Part shown: positions 9,185-19,078 of the stretch, one piece after another | Position numbering within the stretch: position 1 is the stretch's first letter | Layout: every line of letters begins with the position of its first letter | From: Archaeoglobus sp. JdFR-37 | Lineage (GTDB): Archaea; Halobacteriota; Archaeoglobi; Archaeoglobales; Archaeoglobaceae | Assembly (NCBI GenBank): GCA_002010215.1 | Contig: MTMY01000028.1 | Location: forward strand, 1 to 54,036 | Reading direction: 5' to 3' | Length of the DNA: 54,036 nt | Position numbers and translations under genes: made by a program | Notes under the pieces: generated by a model | What the model saw: only the letters and a program-made list of their open reading frames with translations | The model's database searches: none | What the model was told of the DNA's origin: nothing

Positions 9185-10012
9185 TCAGATCCTTCTAACC
9201 CTCAAATCCAGCACGTATCTGTTCACTCGGGGGGCATAATTCCCGCATTCCCGCAGCAATTCAACCTCAATCTCAATGTCGTGCTCAGAAAACAGCCTTT
9301 TCACCCTCTCAGGCAGCTCTTCCTCCTCGTCCTCTCCTGCAAAGGTGTAATAGTGGATGTATCCTCCATCCCTCACTTTCTCTGCCGCAACATCCACGAA
9401 GTTCTGGGCGATGTAGGGGGAAGGCATGATGATTCGATCGAACAATCCCGGCAGCTCCGGCACAACTTCCCTCACGTCTCCCTCAACGACTCTTACCTTG
9501 TCGGCAACCTTGTTCAGCTCAACATTCCTCCTGAAGTACTCGACGGCAGCGGGATTAATCTCAACTCCCACTATTTCCTTCGCCTCAGATAGTCTTGCAA
9601 TGACAATTGCGTATGGCCCAACACCAGCAAACATAACAAGGGCCCTCTCTCCCGATCTCACAAGCCTAGCAATCCTCTCCCTCTCTCCTGAGAGCTTCAC
9701 TGAATAATACACCTTGGTAGGATCAACATAGAAGCGGCAGCCGTGCTCTTTCGCAATTGTCTCTGTTTCGTTGCCGTAAATAGCTTCATATCTTGCCACC
9801 CTGAAAACACCTTCCACCTCTCCCACCTTCCTGAGAATGGTTTTGACGTGCTTGTGCTTCGCAAGTATGGCCTTCACTATCTCATCCTTCAGGTGAAGGA
9901 CATCGTCAGGTATATCTATAATAACAATATCACCTATGATCTCGAAACTCCTCCTTATCTTCGCAAGCTCCTCTGGCTTTGCCTTTCCCTTGAGCATCTC
10001 TCTGAGACTCAC
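9185..10012 (-). CDS. Trm5/Taw2-family tRNA G37/wyosine SAM-dependent transferase
   Basis: FEIIGDIVII, KVYYS..LSGER, MFAGVGPY SAM motif, RIIMPSP; start placed at GTG 10012. Confidence 0.85.
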   Translation of the reverse strand: MSLREMLKGKAKPEELAKIRRSFEIIGDIVIIDIPDDVLHLKDEIVKAILAKHKHVKTILRKVGEVEGVFRVARYEAIYGNETETIAKEHGCRFYVDPTKVYYSVKLSGERERIARLVRSGERALVMFAGVGPYAIVIARLSEAKEIVGVEINPAAVEYFRRNVELNKVADKVRVVEGDVREVVPELPGLFDRIIMPSPYIAQNFVDVAAEKVRDGGYIHYYTFAGEDEEEELPERVKRLFSEHDIEIEVELLRECGNYAPRVNRYVLDLRVRRI

Positions 10013-10107
10013 ATGAGCAATTTGATTTCGGGGTCTTAAATTCCTTGTGCAGTGCAATGCTTATGCATTCAATGCATCGCTGAATTTTTAAAAGAGTAAA
10101 CCATTTC

Positions 10108-10923
10108 ATGACCATGATTGAAAGAATCCACAAAACTCTGAAGGAAGATCTGGAAAGGATAAGGACTGAGAAGCCATTAATCCATCACTTAACCAATTTC
10201 GTAGCCATGAACGACAGTGCAAACATAACCCTTGCCATCGGAGCTTCGCCGGTCATGAGCCATGCTCATGAAGAAGTTCAGGAGATGGTGGCTGCTGCAT
10301 CAGCCCTCCTCATCAACATCGGGACTCTCGACGAATACTGGATTCAGAGCATGCTTCTTGCAGGCAGGAAGGCTAATGAGTTGAATATTCCGGTTTTGCT
10401 TGACCCTGTTGGAGCTGGAGCCACGAAGCTTAGAAGTGATGCTGCCAGTAACCTCATGAATGAAGTTAATTTTACCATCATAAAGGGGAATTACGGCGAG
10501 ATTCTGAGTCTGGCAGGAGGTGAGGGGGCGGTTAAGGGTGTGGATTCAGCATCTGAAGACTTTGATGCAGAGCTCCTGAGGAATTTTGCAGAGAGAATGA
10601 ACGGCGTTGCAGTTGCAACTGGCAAATATGACTATTTCTCAGATGGCAAATCTGTATTCAGGCTGGAAAACGGGCACGAGCTACTCGCATCAATTACTGC
10701 CAGTGGATGCATGCTGGGAAGCGTTATTGCATCTTTCATGGCGGTTCAGAGCGACGCATTGCTGGCTGCCATTGAGGGCGCTGCATGCTACGCCATCGCC
10801 GGGGAACTGGCAGCAGTGAAGAGTGCAGGAATGGGCAGCTTCAGGACAAACCTGATGGACGAGGTTGCAGCACTTAATGCAGAAACAGTTTTGGAAAGAA
10901 TGAGGCTGGAGGAGGTTTTATGA
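10108..10923 (+). CDS. thiM: Hydroxyethylthiazole kinase
   Basis: PLIHHLTNFV, GASPVM, INIGTL, LDPVGAGAT, TASGC. Confidence 0.95.
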   Translation: MTMIERIHKTLKEDLERIRTEKPLIHHLTNFVAMNDSANITLAIGASPVMSHAHEEVQEMVAAASALLINIGTLDEYWIQSMLLAGRKANELNIPVLLDPVGAGATKLRSDAASNLMNEVNFTIIKGNYGEILSLAGGEGAVKGVDSASEDFDAELLRNFAERMNGVAVATGKYDYFSDGKSVFRLENGHELLASITASGCMLGSVIASFMAVQSDALLAAIEGAACYAIAGELAAVKSAGMGSFRTNLMDEVAALNAETVLERMRLEEVL

Positions 10924-11564
10924 GCTTGAAATTAAAGCTCAGAGAATCCATTGGCCTGTATTTCATCACAGACGCTGGCTTCGGGAAAACTCATGACGAG
11001 CTGGCAGAAGCTGTTCTGAAAGCTGGCGTGAGGATCATCCAGTTCAGGGAGAAGAAAGCATCCACAAAGAATATGGTGGAGACCGCCAGAAGGATAAGGA
11101 AGCTCTGTGACGAATACAACGCTCTCTTCTTCGTCAACGACCGCATAGACGTTGCCCTTGCATGCTATGCTGATGGTGTGCATCTTGGCCAAGAGGACAT
11201 GCCCGCATCTATCGCAAAGGAAATCTTCGACGGGTTGATTGGCGTCTCGGCAGAAAATGGGGAAGAAGCGATCAGGGCAGAGAAAGATGGAGCAGATTAT
11301 ATCGGCGCTGGCCCGGTTTTTGAGACCACAACGAAAGAAGATGCTGGGAGTTCTATCGGCATCGAAGGCCTCAGGAGAATCGTTGATGCTGTAAGCATTC
11401 CCGTGGTGGGTATAGGTGGTATAACGAAACACAATGCCCAGCTTGTACTGCAAATTGCAGATGGGATTGCTGTCATTTCTGCCATAGCAGCTTCAAGCAA
11501 TCCTGAAAGAGAAGCAAGGGAACTTCTGGAGATAGTTGAGAAATTCAAAAAAGAAAAGGATTAA
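10920..11564 (+). CDS. thiE: Thiamine-phosphate synthase
   Basis: QFREK, VNDRIDVA, GVHLGQED, GPVFETTTK, GIGGI; ATGA overlap with thiM. Confidence 0.95.
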   Translation: MSLKLKLRESIGLYFITDAGFGKTHDELAEAVLKAGVRIIQFREKKASTKNMVETARRIRKLCDEYNALFFVNDRIDVALACYADGVHLGQEDMPASIAKEIFDGLIGVSAENGEEAIRAEKDGADYIGAGPVFETTTKEDAGSSIGIEGLRRIVDAVSIPVVGIGGITKHNAQLVLQIADGIAVISAIAASSNPEREARELLEIVEKFKKEKD

Positions 11565-11598
11565 TACCCTCCAGCCAATTCGCTTTTGGGTGAGGATA

Positions 11599-13035
11599 AT
11601 GTCAAAGGTCCGAATTGTGGATTTAACGCTCCGTGATGGGCATCAAAGCCTTCTCGCAACTAGGATGAGAACGAGAGACATGCTTCCAATTCTCGAAACG
11701 TTTGATGAGGCAGGCATTTACAGCTTTGAGATATGGGGTGGGGCAACCTTCGATGTTGCCCATCGCTTTCTGAACGAGAATCCCTGGGACAGGCTGAGGG
11801 AGATAAGGAAGCGTGTCAAAAACACCCAGCTCCAGATGCTGCTTAGGGGTCAGAATCTGGTAGGCTATCGCCATTACAGCGACGATGTGGTTGAGAAATT
11901 TGTTACGAAGACTGTGGAAAATGGACTGGACATCTTCAGAATTTTTGATGCTCTCAATGATGTGAGGAATCTGGAGGTGTCTATTAAAACCGCCAAGAAG
12001 CTTGGAGCTCATGTTCAGGGAGCCATTTGCTACACAATCTCTCCCGTCCACACTATAGAGAAATATGTTGAGATTGCCAACCAGCTGGCTGAGTTGGAAG
12101 TGGATTCGATATGTATAAAGGATATGGCAGGATTACTATCTCCTAAAGTCTCCTACGAGCTGGTGAAAGCTCTGAAGAAAGAAGTTGGGCTTCCCATTAA
12201 CCTCCACTCTCACTACACCAGCGGAATGTCCTCCATGGCCATGATAAAGGGTGTTGAGGCCGGAGCAGATATGGTTGACACCTGTATGTCTCCCATCAGC
12301 ATGGGAACATCTCATCCACCCACAGAGAGCATGGTTTATGCTTTGAACGAGCTAGGTTATGATACCGGCGTTAAGCTGGATGTTCTGCTTGAAGTAAGAG
12401 AGTACTTCATGAAGCTCAGGGAGAAGTATGCCGGATATCTCGACCCCCTCTCAACCATTCCTGACACCCAGGTTCTCGTTTATCAGATTCCTGGTGGCAT
12501 GTTCTCCAACATGATTGCCCAGCTCAAGGAGCAGAATGCCATGGATAAGCTGCCAGATGTGCTGAGGGAAGTGCCGAAAGTGAGGGAAGATCTGGGCTAT
12601 GTGCCCCTCGTTACACCAACCAGCCAGATCGTCGGAGTGCAGGCTGTGATAAATGTCCTTGTGGGTGAACGGTACAAAGTTGTGACTAAGGAAACTAAAG
12701 ACTTGGTTAAGGGTATGTACGGCAGAACTCCGGCTCCGATAAAGGAGGAGATAATCAAAAAGATTCTGGGTGATGAGAGACCTATTGATGGCAGACCAGC
12801 CGATTTGCTTGAGCCAGAGTTTGAGAAGAGGAAGAAAGAGCTGGAGGAGATGGGACTTAAGGTTTCAGATGAGGATGTGCTCATCTACTGCCTCTTCCCG
12901 CAAACGGGTCTCAAATTCCTGAAAGGGGAATTACAGGAAGAGCCCTTCCCTGCTGCTGGAGGAGCGGTCAGCGGCACGTTTGAGGTGGAGATCGAGGGGA
13001 AGAAGTACAAGGTTAGTGTGGCACCTCCTGAGTGA
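11599..13035 (+). CDS. Pyruvate carboxylase subunit B / oxaloacetate decarboxylase alpha carboxyltransferase, without biotinyl domain
   Basis: LRDGHQSL, WGGATFD, IKDMAG, LHSH, VTPTSQIVG; no AMKM motif; start placed at ATG 11599. Confidence 0.9.
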   Translation: MSKVRIVDLTLRDGHQSLLATRMRTRDMLPILETFDEAGIYSFEIWGGATFDVAHRFLNENPWDRLREIRKRVKNTQLQMLLRGQNLVGYRHYSDDVVEKFVTKTVENGLDIFRIFDALNDVRNLEVSIKTAKKLGAHVQGAICYTISPVHTIEKYVEIANQLAELEVDSICIKDMAGLLSPKVSYELVKALKKEVGLPINLHSHYTSGMSSMAMIKGVEAGADMVDTCMSPISMGTSHPPTESMVYALNELGYDTGVKLDVLLEVREYFMKLREKYAGYLDPLSTIPDTQVLVYQIPGGMFSNMIAQLKEQNAMDKLPDVLREVPKVREDLGYVPLVTPTSQIVGVQAVINVLVGERYKVVTKETKDLVKGMYGRTPAPIKEEIIKKILGDERPIDGRPADLLEPEFEKRKKELEEMGLKVSDEDVLIYCLFPQTGLKFLKGELQEEPFPAAGGAVSGTFEVEIEGKKYKVSVAPPE

Positions 13036-13041
13036 AGGGAT

Positions 13042-14175
13042 ATGGCAAGTACTGCAACCATCAATCCAAAAAAGGTGGTTTCGGATTACAAGGATGTTAC
13101 CATAGGTATCTTTGGCTCCCACTCAGCCAAAGAAATAGGGATGGCTGCAAAGGCTGCCGGCTTCAGAACAGTAGTAGTGGTTCAGAGAGGCAGGGATAAG
13201 CTTTACACAGTCTACAACAACCATCTTTACGACGAAGTCATAATGCTGGACAGATTTTCCGATCTTCTAAGAGAAGAGGTGCAGGAAACTCTCATAGAGA
13301 TGAACACAATCTTCATCCCGAACAGGAGCTTCGCCGTTTACGTGGGCTATGATGGCATAGAGAACAGTTTTGAAGTGCCCATTTACGGCAATCGCTTTTT
13401 GCTCAGAGCAGAGGAAAGAGATAATCCCAGAGGTCAGTACTATCTTATGGAAAAAGCAGGAATAAGGTATCCGAAGGAGTTCAGCTCTCCTGAAGAGATA
13501 GACAGGCTTGTGGTGGTGAAGGTTCAGCAAGCTAACAATCCTCTTGAGAGAGCCTTTTTTTATGCTGTCTCTCCTGAGGATTATTACAGACAGGCTGAGG
13601 AGCTGCTGAAAGCAGGGATAATAAACGAAGAAGGGCTTGAAAAAGCCAGAATTGAGGAGTATGTACTGGGTGCCCGCTTCAACGCCAATTTCCACAGCTA
13701 TTCCATTAAGGATGTGTTCGGAGACTTCGACTTTGTTGGCTTTTCAGACAGGAGGCAGGTAAACCTTCAGGGCTTCCTGAACCTCCCGGCGAAAGAGCAG
13801 CTAAAGATAAACGTTCCGGTTAAGAACGAGGAGATAGGCCATTTTGGAGTTACAATGAGGGAGAGCAAGCAAGAAGTGGTTTATGAGTATGCGGAAAGAC
13901 TCATAAGAGTGTGTGAAAGAGAGTATCCGCCGGGCATCATTGGCATGTTCGGTTTACAGGGGGCAATGGCCTATGGCGTTGATGATAAGCTGGAATTCGT
14001 GGTGTTTGACATCTCCTTCAGAGTGCCGGGAGATCCAGCGATAGGCCCCACATCTCCTGAAATGAGGAACCTGAGCCTGAAGCATGGCCGGAAGATAGAA
14101 GATCCGCTGGATTTGACAATGATGGAAATAGAGGAGGCTCTTAAGGCGGAGAGGCTGGAAGAGATCGTGACCTGA
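13042..14175 (+). CDS. PurP-family ATP-grasp protein (FAICAR synthetase-like paralog)
   Basis: GSHSA, FIPNRSF, GNRFLLRAEER, IEEYV, RES, PGIIG motifs. Confidence 0.85.
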   Translation: MASTATINPKKVVSDYKDVTIGIFGSHSAKEIGMAAKAAGFRTVVVVQRGRDKLYTVYNNHLYDEVIMLDRFSDLLREEVQETLIEMNTIFIPNRSFAVYVGYDGIENSFEVPIYGNRFLLRAEERDNPRGQYYLMEKAGIRYPKEFSSPEEIDRLVVVKVQQANNPLERAFFYAVSPEDYYRQAEELLKAGIINEEGLEKARIEEYVLGARFNANFHSYSIKDVFGDFDFVGFSDRRQVNLQGFLNLPAKEQLKINVPVKNEEIGHFGVTMRESKQEVVYEYAERLIRVCEREYPPGIIGMFGLQGAMAYGVDDKLEFVVFDISFRVPGDPAIGPTSPEMRNLSLKHGRKIEDPLDLTMMEIEEALKAERLEEIVT

Positions 14176-14188
14176 TTAATTTTTCATT

Positions 14189-15790
14189 TTACAACCTTTT
14201 TACCATATACTCAAAACCCTTCCTGTATCCCAGCTTTCGGTAGTACTCTCTAACACCAACACCGCTTATTACGGCAATCCTGTCGAATTCTCGCTTAGCT
14301 ATTTCCTCTGCCTCCTCAACCAGCCTCTCACCAAAGCCGCGATGCTGAAACGCTTTCTCATCCTTCTCACCAACAGGTATGGCTTTTCCATACACGTGGA
14401 GTTCTCTGATAATGGCAGCATCCTTCAGAACAGGTATGAAGGGCTCATCTGGAAATCTGAGCCTTATAAAACCGATGAGAGCGTCAAAGTCAGGAAGTTC
14501 GAAGCTGATGAAGAACTCCTTTCCATTGCTCGCCTCGTATTCAAGAATTTTCAGCTCCGCATCACCGGCTTCAAATTCCTTGTCCCTGAGCCTGTGTCCA
14601 ACCTCTCTGCACCGAATGCATCTGCAAGTGTAGCCAAGTTCCTTCAGCCTTCTGTGGACGAGCTGCCTGATGTTTCCCTTATCAAGGCCTATTGCTCTGC
14701 CTACCGGGATATCTCGCTGTATTCGCTGGACTCTCACATATGACGGTAGGAATTTCTTGGCCTGAGCAATGAGTTCTACCACCTCATCTGTGGAGTAAGG
14801 CTGATATTCGCCACTCTTCCACATTTCGTAAAGCTGCGTCCCCTCAACCACAAGAGTTGGATAGATTTTCAGATAATCTGGCCTGAAATCAGATTTATCG
14901 AAAAGTTCTTTGAACATCTTCAGGTCTCTATCAAAATTGCTCTTTGGCAAACCGGGCATGATGTGGTATCCAACCTTGAATCCTGAATCTCTCAAAAGCT
15001 TGGTTGCTTCAATAACTTCCTTCACGCCGTGACCCCTGTTGATAGCATCGAGAACATCATCGTATACGCTCTGAACGCCCAGCTCCACCTTCGTCCCCCC
15101 GTAACGAAGCATTTCCAGTATATGCTCCTCTTTCGCATAATCTGGGCGGGTTTCAAAGGTTATACCGATACATCTCGCTTTAGCCCGCTCATTCCTCCTT
15201 TTGGCCACTTCCAGGCTTGAGGTCTGCCTGACTTTTTTCACACATCCAAAGGCATTGAGAGCGTTGAAAATTCCAAGCATGAAGTCATCCCTGTACTCTT
15301 TTTCTCTCGCAATGAAAGTCCCTCCCATGACTATCATTTCAACCTTGTCCACGCTGTGGCCGATCTCGCTTAGCTCTCTGAGTCTGGCGGATACCTGCTT
15401 ATAAGCATCGTACCCATGCTGCCTTCCTCGCTGTGCAGCAGGCTCAAAACCAATATAGCTCTGAGGTGTACCCTTCTCCACCCCTCCGGGACATGGAATA
15501 CATTTGCCGTGGGGGCAGGAGGCAGGAGATGTCATTACGCTGACAACAGCTACACCAGAAATTGTTCTGACGGGTTTAAGCCTGAGGACATCTCTTAGAG
15601 TCATCTCCGAATCTATACCAGCCTGCTTCCAGCACTTCAGAATCTCCGCGTCTCCGGGTATAGTAGATAGGCGGTACTTTCTGGCGACCTCTCTTTTAAT
15701 CTTGGCTACCTCTTCCTTACTCCTAACTTTCCTTCTTATCAGCTCTTTGGCTATTTCTATGCAGACCCTCTGCATCTGATGTACCTGCAT
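14189..15790 (-). CDS. elp3: Elp3 tRNA uridine(34) acetyltransferase (radical SAM plus GNAT)
   Basis: KPVRTISGV, CPHGKCIPCPGG, ETRPD, VELGVQS, RELHVYG, QHRGFG, ISGVGVREYY; start placed at ATG 15790 with TTTTATA about 25 nt upstream. Confidence 0.95.
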   Translation of the reverse strand: MQVHQMQRVCIEIAKELIRRKVRSKEEVAKIKREVARKYRLSTIPGDAEILKCWKQAGIDSEMTLRDVLRLKPVRTISGVAVVSVMTSPASCPHGKCIPCPGGVEKGTPQSYIGFEPAAQRGRQHGYDAYKQVSARLRELSEIGHSVDKVEMIVMGGTFIAREKEYRDDFMLGIFNALNAFGCVKKVRQTSSLEVAKRRNERAKARCIGITFETRPDYAKEEHILEMLRYGGTKVELGVQSVYDDVLDAINRGHGVKEVIEATKLLRDSGFKVGYHIMPGLPKSNFDRDLKMFKELFDKSDFRPDYLKIYPTLVVEGTQLYEMWKSGEYQPYSTDEVVELIAQAKKFLPSYVRVQRIQRDIPVGRAIGLDKGNIRQLVHRRLKELGYTCRCIRCREVGHRLRDKEFEAGDAELKILEYEASNGKEFFISFELPDFDALIGFIRLRFPDEPFIPVLKDAAIIRELHVYGKAIPVGEKDEKAFQHRGFGERLVEEAEEIAKREFDRIAVISGVGVREYYRKLGYRKGFEYMVKRL

Positions 15791-15852
15791 TGAAATGTAG
15801 GGTAGGAATGAAGGGTATAAAAACTTACGGTGGCTGATGGACTCAGGATGGG

Positions 15853-16791
15853 TTAGGAACACTTTTCTCTCGCGTATCTAACCATGCCCAGAAGAGCGTT
15901 GTTGATGTAGTAGTCTTCCCTCTCTTTTATGTCATCATCCAGCAGGCTGAACTTGGATATTAAGTCGTCTTTATCCATCAGAATTTTTCGCACTTCCGCA
16001 ATAATATCCTGATCACTCATTTCAATATGTTGACATGTGAAGCTGAGAACCGTGTCAAACCAGAGCTTTTGCTGGTTAAGATATTCTTCAATCCGCTTTT
16101 TCGCATCTGCCATTCCAAAGTGCCCGTAGCATATGTGCTTTGCACCGACTCCCATGAGCTTTCTGGCAGATTCTTCAGCAACCTCATAGATGTATCTTGG
16201 CGGTGTTGCCGGTCTAGCGTAGTAAGTATCGTGGCCGAGCTGCTCTGAGAGTTCTTCGAATCTGTGGAAAACTCCTGCCGCTTCTCCAGCAAAAAGGTAT
16301 TTCTCGAACACGTAGCTCTGGTGGTGGACTGCATGTCCGGGAGTCTTTATGATTTCAATCTCACTTCCAGCGAATTCTATTACACCTCTGTGTATGTTCT
16401 CAGCAGGTACGGGTTTTATCTCCCCGTAAACATCCACAATACTTTTCCCGAGAACCTTTCTGCTCCCTTCCATGAGCTTCTCAGGATTGATTAGGTGCTT
16501 CTCTCCCTTTTCATTTACCACGACTCTGGCGTCTGGATAGAACTTCAGCAAATCTGCTGTACCACCTGCGTGGTCAATGTGTATGTGGGTGAGCAAAATG
16601 TATTCAACCTTCTTAATGCCGAGGCTGTCAAGGCCTTCCTTCAGCAGGGGTATGGTGGACGCCGGGCCTACATCTACCAGAACTGCACTGCTGCCTTCTT
16701 TAATAACCCAAGTGCTGGTAAATCTCCTGTAGCCTGTCATTTTTTGAGGTAGGTCAATGAGAAAGAGGTCATTGAACTCATCTATGTCCAT
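15853..16791 (-). CDS. Metallo-beta-lactamase-fold hydrolase
   Basis: THIHIDHAGG, TPGHAVHH, GHFG. Confidence 0.88.
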   Translation of the reverse strand: MDIDEFNDLFLIDLPQKMTGYRRFTSTWVIKEGSSAVLVDVGPASTIPLLKEGLDSLGIKKVEYILLTHIHIDHAGGTADLLKFYPDARVVVNEKGEKHLINPEKLMEGSRKVLGKSIVDVYGEIKPVPAENIHRGVIEFAGSEIEIIKTPGHAVHHQSYVFEKYLFAGEAAGVFHRFEELSEQLGHDTYYARPATPPRYIYEVAEESARKLMGVGAKHICYGHFGMADAKKRIEEYLNQQKLWFDTVLSFTCQHIEMSDQDIIAEVRKILMDKDDLISKFSLLDDDIKEREDYYINNALLGMVRYAREKCS

Positions 16792-16932
16792 GGCCTCCGT
16801 TTCCGAATTCGATTTTTAAATGTTGAGATTTTGGAATTTTTGGATTTGGAATTCTTGAATTATACCTTACAAAGCCAGTAATGCAACCCACTCAGAAAGT
16901 TATTAATTCATGATATTATTTTGTATGCAATC

Positions 16933-18180
16933 ATGGATATAATTGTCAGAAAAAGCCAGATAGATGGAGCTGCAACTCCTCCACCCTCAAAAAGCTATAC
17001 CCATCGCACCCTCTTTGCAGCTTCCCTTTCCCCCCACTCTCTGATTAAAAACCCCCTTTCTGCAGATGATACCCTATCCACCCTCTGGGCCTGCAGAAAG
17101 ATGGGAGCTTTCTTTGTCAGAAATCGCGACTTTCTATATTTCACAGGTGTGAAGCAAATCAACAGGGGCTACTTTTACTGTGGAAACTCCGGAACGACTC
17201 TCAGAATTCTGATAGGGCTGACAGCAGCATCCAAAGACTGGAAACCGGCAATTCTTGACGGAGATGAATCATTGAGAAAAAGGCCGAATTTGGAGCTTGT
17301 AAAAGCATTGAATTCTCTTGGTGCTGTTGTGGATGGTAACTTCCCACCTGTGAGGGTTTCAGGAACTTTTAAGGGGGGTGAAGTAGTCCTTAAAGCAGAG
17401 AGTTCTCAATTTCTGACGTCTCTGCTTATGAGTCTCCCCTTGGCTAAGGTTGATTCTGCCATCAGGGTAACGGGTCTGAAATCAAAGCCATACATAGACA
17501 TCACTCTCCACGTTCTCCAGCAGGCCGGGATTGAAGTTGAAAAGGAAGGAGATACCTTTTATGTACAATCTGAGCAGGATTACAGACTTGCTAAATTCTT
17601 CATCCCTTCAGACTTCTCTTCTGCCAGCTATCTAATAGCTGCAGGATTGCTGGCAGGGAAAGTGGAAATAACAGGCATGTTTGACTCCAAGCAGGGCGAT
17701 AGGAGAATTGTAGATATAGTAAGGCAGATGGGTGGAAAAATCAGATGGGACAGAGAGAAGGGGGTTATAACTACAGAGAAATCAGAGCTGGAGGGGATAG
17801 AGGTGGACTGCTCCGACACACCTGACCTCGCCCCTACAATTGCCGTGCTGGGGGCCGTTGCAAAGGGAAGAACGGCAGTAGTGAACGCCCCTCACCTGAG
17901 GTTAAAAGAGGTGGACAGGATCAAGGGAGTGGTTGATAATCTCAAAAGGCTTGGAGTGGAGGCAAAAGAGCTACCTGACGGGTTTGAGGTTGAGGGTGGT
18001 GAGGTTAAGGGTGGCGTTGCTGATTCACTGGGAGATCACAGGCTTGCCATGGCATTTTCCCTTTTGGGACTGGTGGCTGAAAGGGAAGTAATCGTGAGAA
18101 ACTGTGAGGCTGTCAGCGTATCCTTTCCGAAATATTACGATGTGCTGAGAAAAATTGGTGCGGATGTTGAATTTGTTTGA
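16933..18180 (+). CDS. aroA: 3-phosphoshikimate 1-carboxyvinyltransferase (EPSP synthase)
   Basis: PPSKSYTHR, GNSGTTLR, SSQF, RLKEVDR, DHRLAM, SFP. Confidence 0.95.
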   Translation: MDIIVRKSQIDGAATPPPSKSYTHRTLFAASLSPHSLIKNPLSADDTLSTLWACRKMGAFFVRNRDFLYFTGVKQINRGYFYCGNSGTTLRILIGLTAASKDWKPAILDGDESLRKRPNLELVKALNSLGAVVDGNFPPVRVSGTFKGGEVVLKAESSQFLTSLLMSLPLAKVDSAIRVTGLKSKPYIDITLHVLQQAGIEVEKEGDTFYVQSEQDYRLAKFFIPSDFSSASYLIAAGLLAGKVEITGMFDSKQGDRRIVDIVRQMGGKIRWDREKGVITTEKSELEGIEVDCSDTPDLAPTIAVLGAVAKGRTAVVNAPHLRLKEVDRIKGVVDNLKRLGVEAKELPDGFEVEGGEVKGGVADSLGDHRLAMAFSLLGLVAEREVIVRNCEAVSVSFPKYYDVLRKIGADVEFV

Positions 18181-18192
18181 GAATTTGTTTGA
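18169..18192. repeat. 12-bp tandem duplication of the last four aroA codons, GAATTTGTTTGA x2
   Basis: Exact repeat at 18169-18180 and 18181-18192. Confidence 0.9.
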
Positions 18193-18206
18193 AGTATATT
18201 AAACCA

Positions 18207-18968
18207 TCAAATAAAAAACTCCCCATTTTTAAAGGCTGGTGTGGCTCTGTCCCAGAAATAGTTGAAAAGGTCTGTTGCGAACTTTATGGCTGTTGGAGAT
18301 GATGAAAAGGTATCCTTTGTGAAATCATAGCTCCCATTGCTTTTATGGAAGTTGAGAGTCATGTATTTCTCGGTGACAGTCAGTCCCATGTATGTTGGTT
18401 CATCAACTACTCTTATTTCGAGTTTCTTGAGTTTGTTGAACGGAAAGTCCTTGTATCTGTTGAGAAGGATTTCTAACACTTCTCTAGTTGTCAAACTTCT
18501 GACAAGTTGAACGTTTTCCATAATATGGAGCATGAAGTGGAGATAATATTCTATAAAACCCAGAGCATCGCTTTCTGATATAACATTGACATTGTTGCTC
18601 TGCATTATAATTTCGTCTACCCTTCTCTGGAGCTCTTCCAGACTCTCTTTTGTTTCGAGAAATTCAACTTCCTTCAGTTCCCATAGTCTGGGAATCAGAG
18701 GCGATGGGATTCTAATAATATGATCTGAAAAGAAGCTGCAGAGCTTTTCTATGACTTCTGTACTTTCCTCAATCTTATCAAGAAGGTGACAGTACATCAT
18801 ACCTTTATCCGTCAAGTTATTGCCCTCAGCGATTCCTCTCTCTCTGAATAGTTTGAGAGTAACTGAAAAGGTCGAGGGCGGTATATCTGTCTCTCTGCCA
18901 TTGAGCAGACAGTAAAGAACGTCTCTTTTCCGTCCACTGAAAATTTTGAAGATGTCTTCTAGGTGCAT
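18207..18968 (-). CDS. Winged-helix transcriptional regulator with archaeal FilR1/DUF1724-like domain
   Basis: N-terminal wHTH ending NLTDKG, FFSDH..IP..L..R..EL, C-terminal AIKFATDLFNYFW; start placed at ATG 18968. Confidence 0.6.
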   Translation of the reverse strand: MHLEDIFKIFSGRKRDVLYCLLNGRETDIPPSTFSVTLKLFRERGIAEGNNLTDKGMMYCHLLDKIEESTEVIEKLCSFFSDHIIRIPSPLIPRLWELKEVEFLETKESLEELQRRVDEIIMQSNNVNVISESDALGFIEYYLHFMLHIMENVQLVRSLTTREVLEILLNRYKDFPFNKLKKLEIRVVDEPTYMGLTVTEKYMTLNFHKSNGSYDFTKDTFSSSPTAIKFATDLFNYFWDRATPAFKNGEFFI

Positions 18969-19078
18969 TGTTGGATTTATGGTTAAGGTGAATTTAACTT
19001 TTTCCAGTGACGTGAAAATAAATCTTAAAAATGTTTTCAATGAAAACGTTATTAATTCTTTCCCGAAAGAAATGTCTG

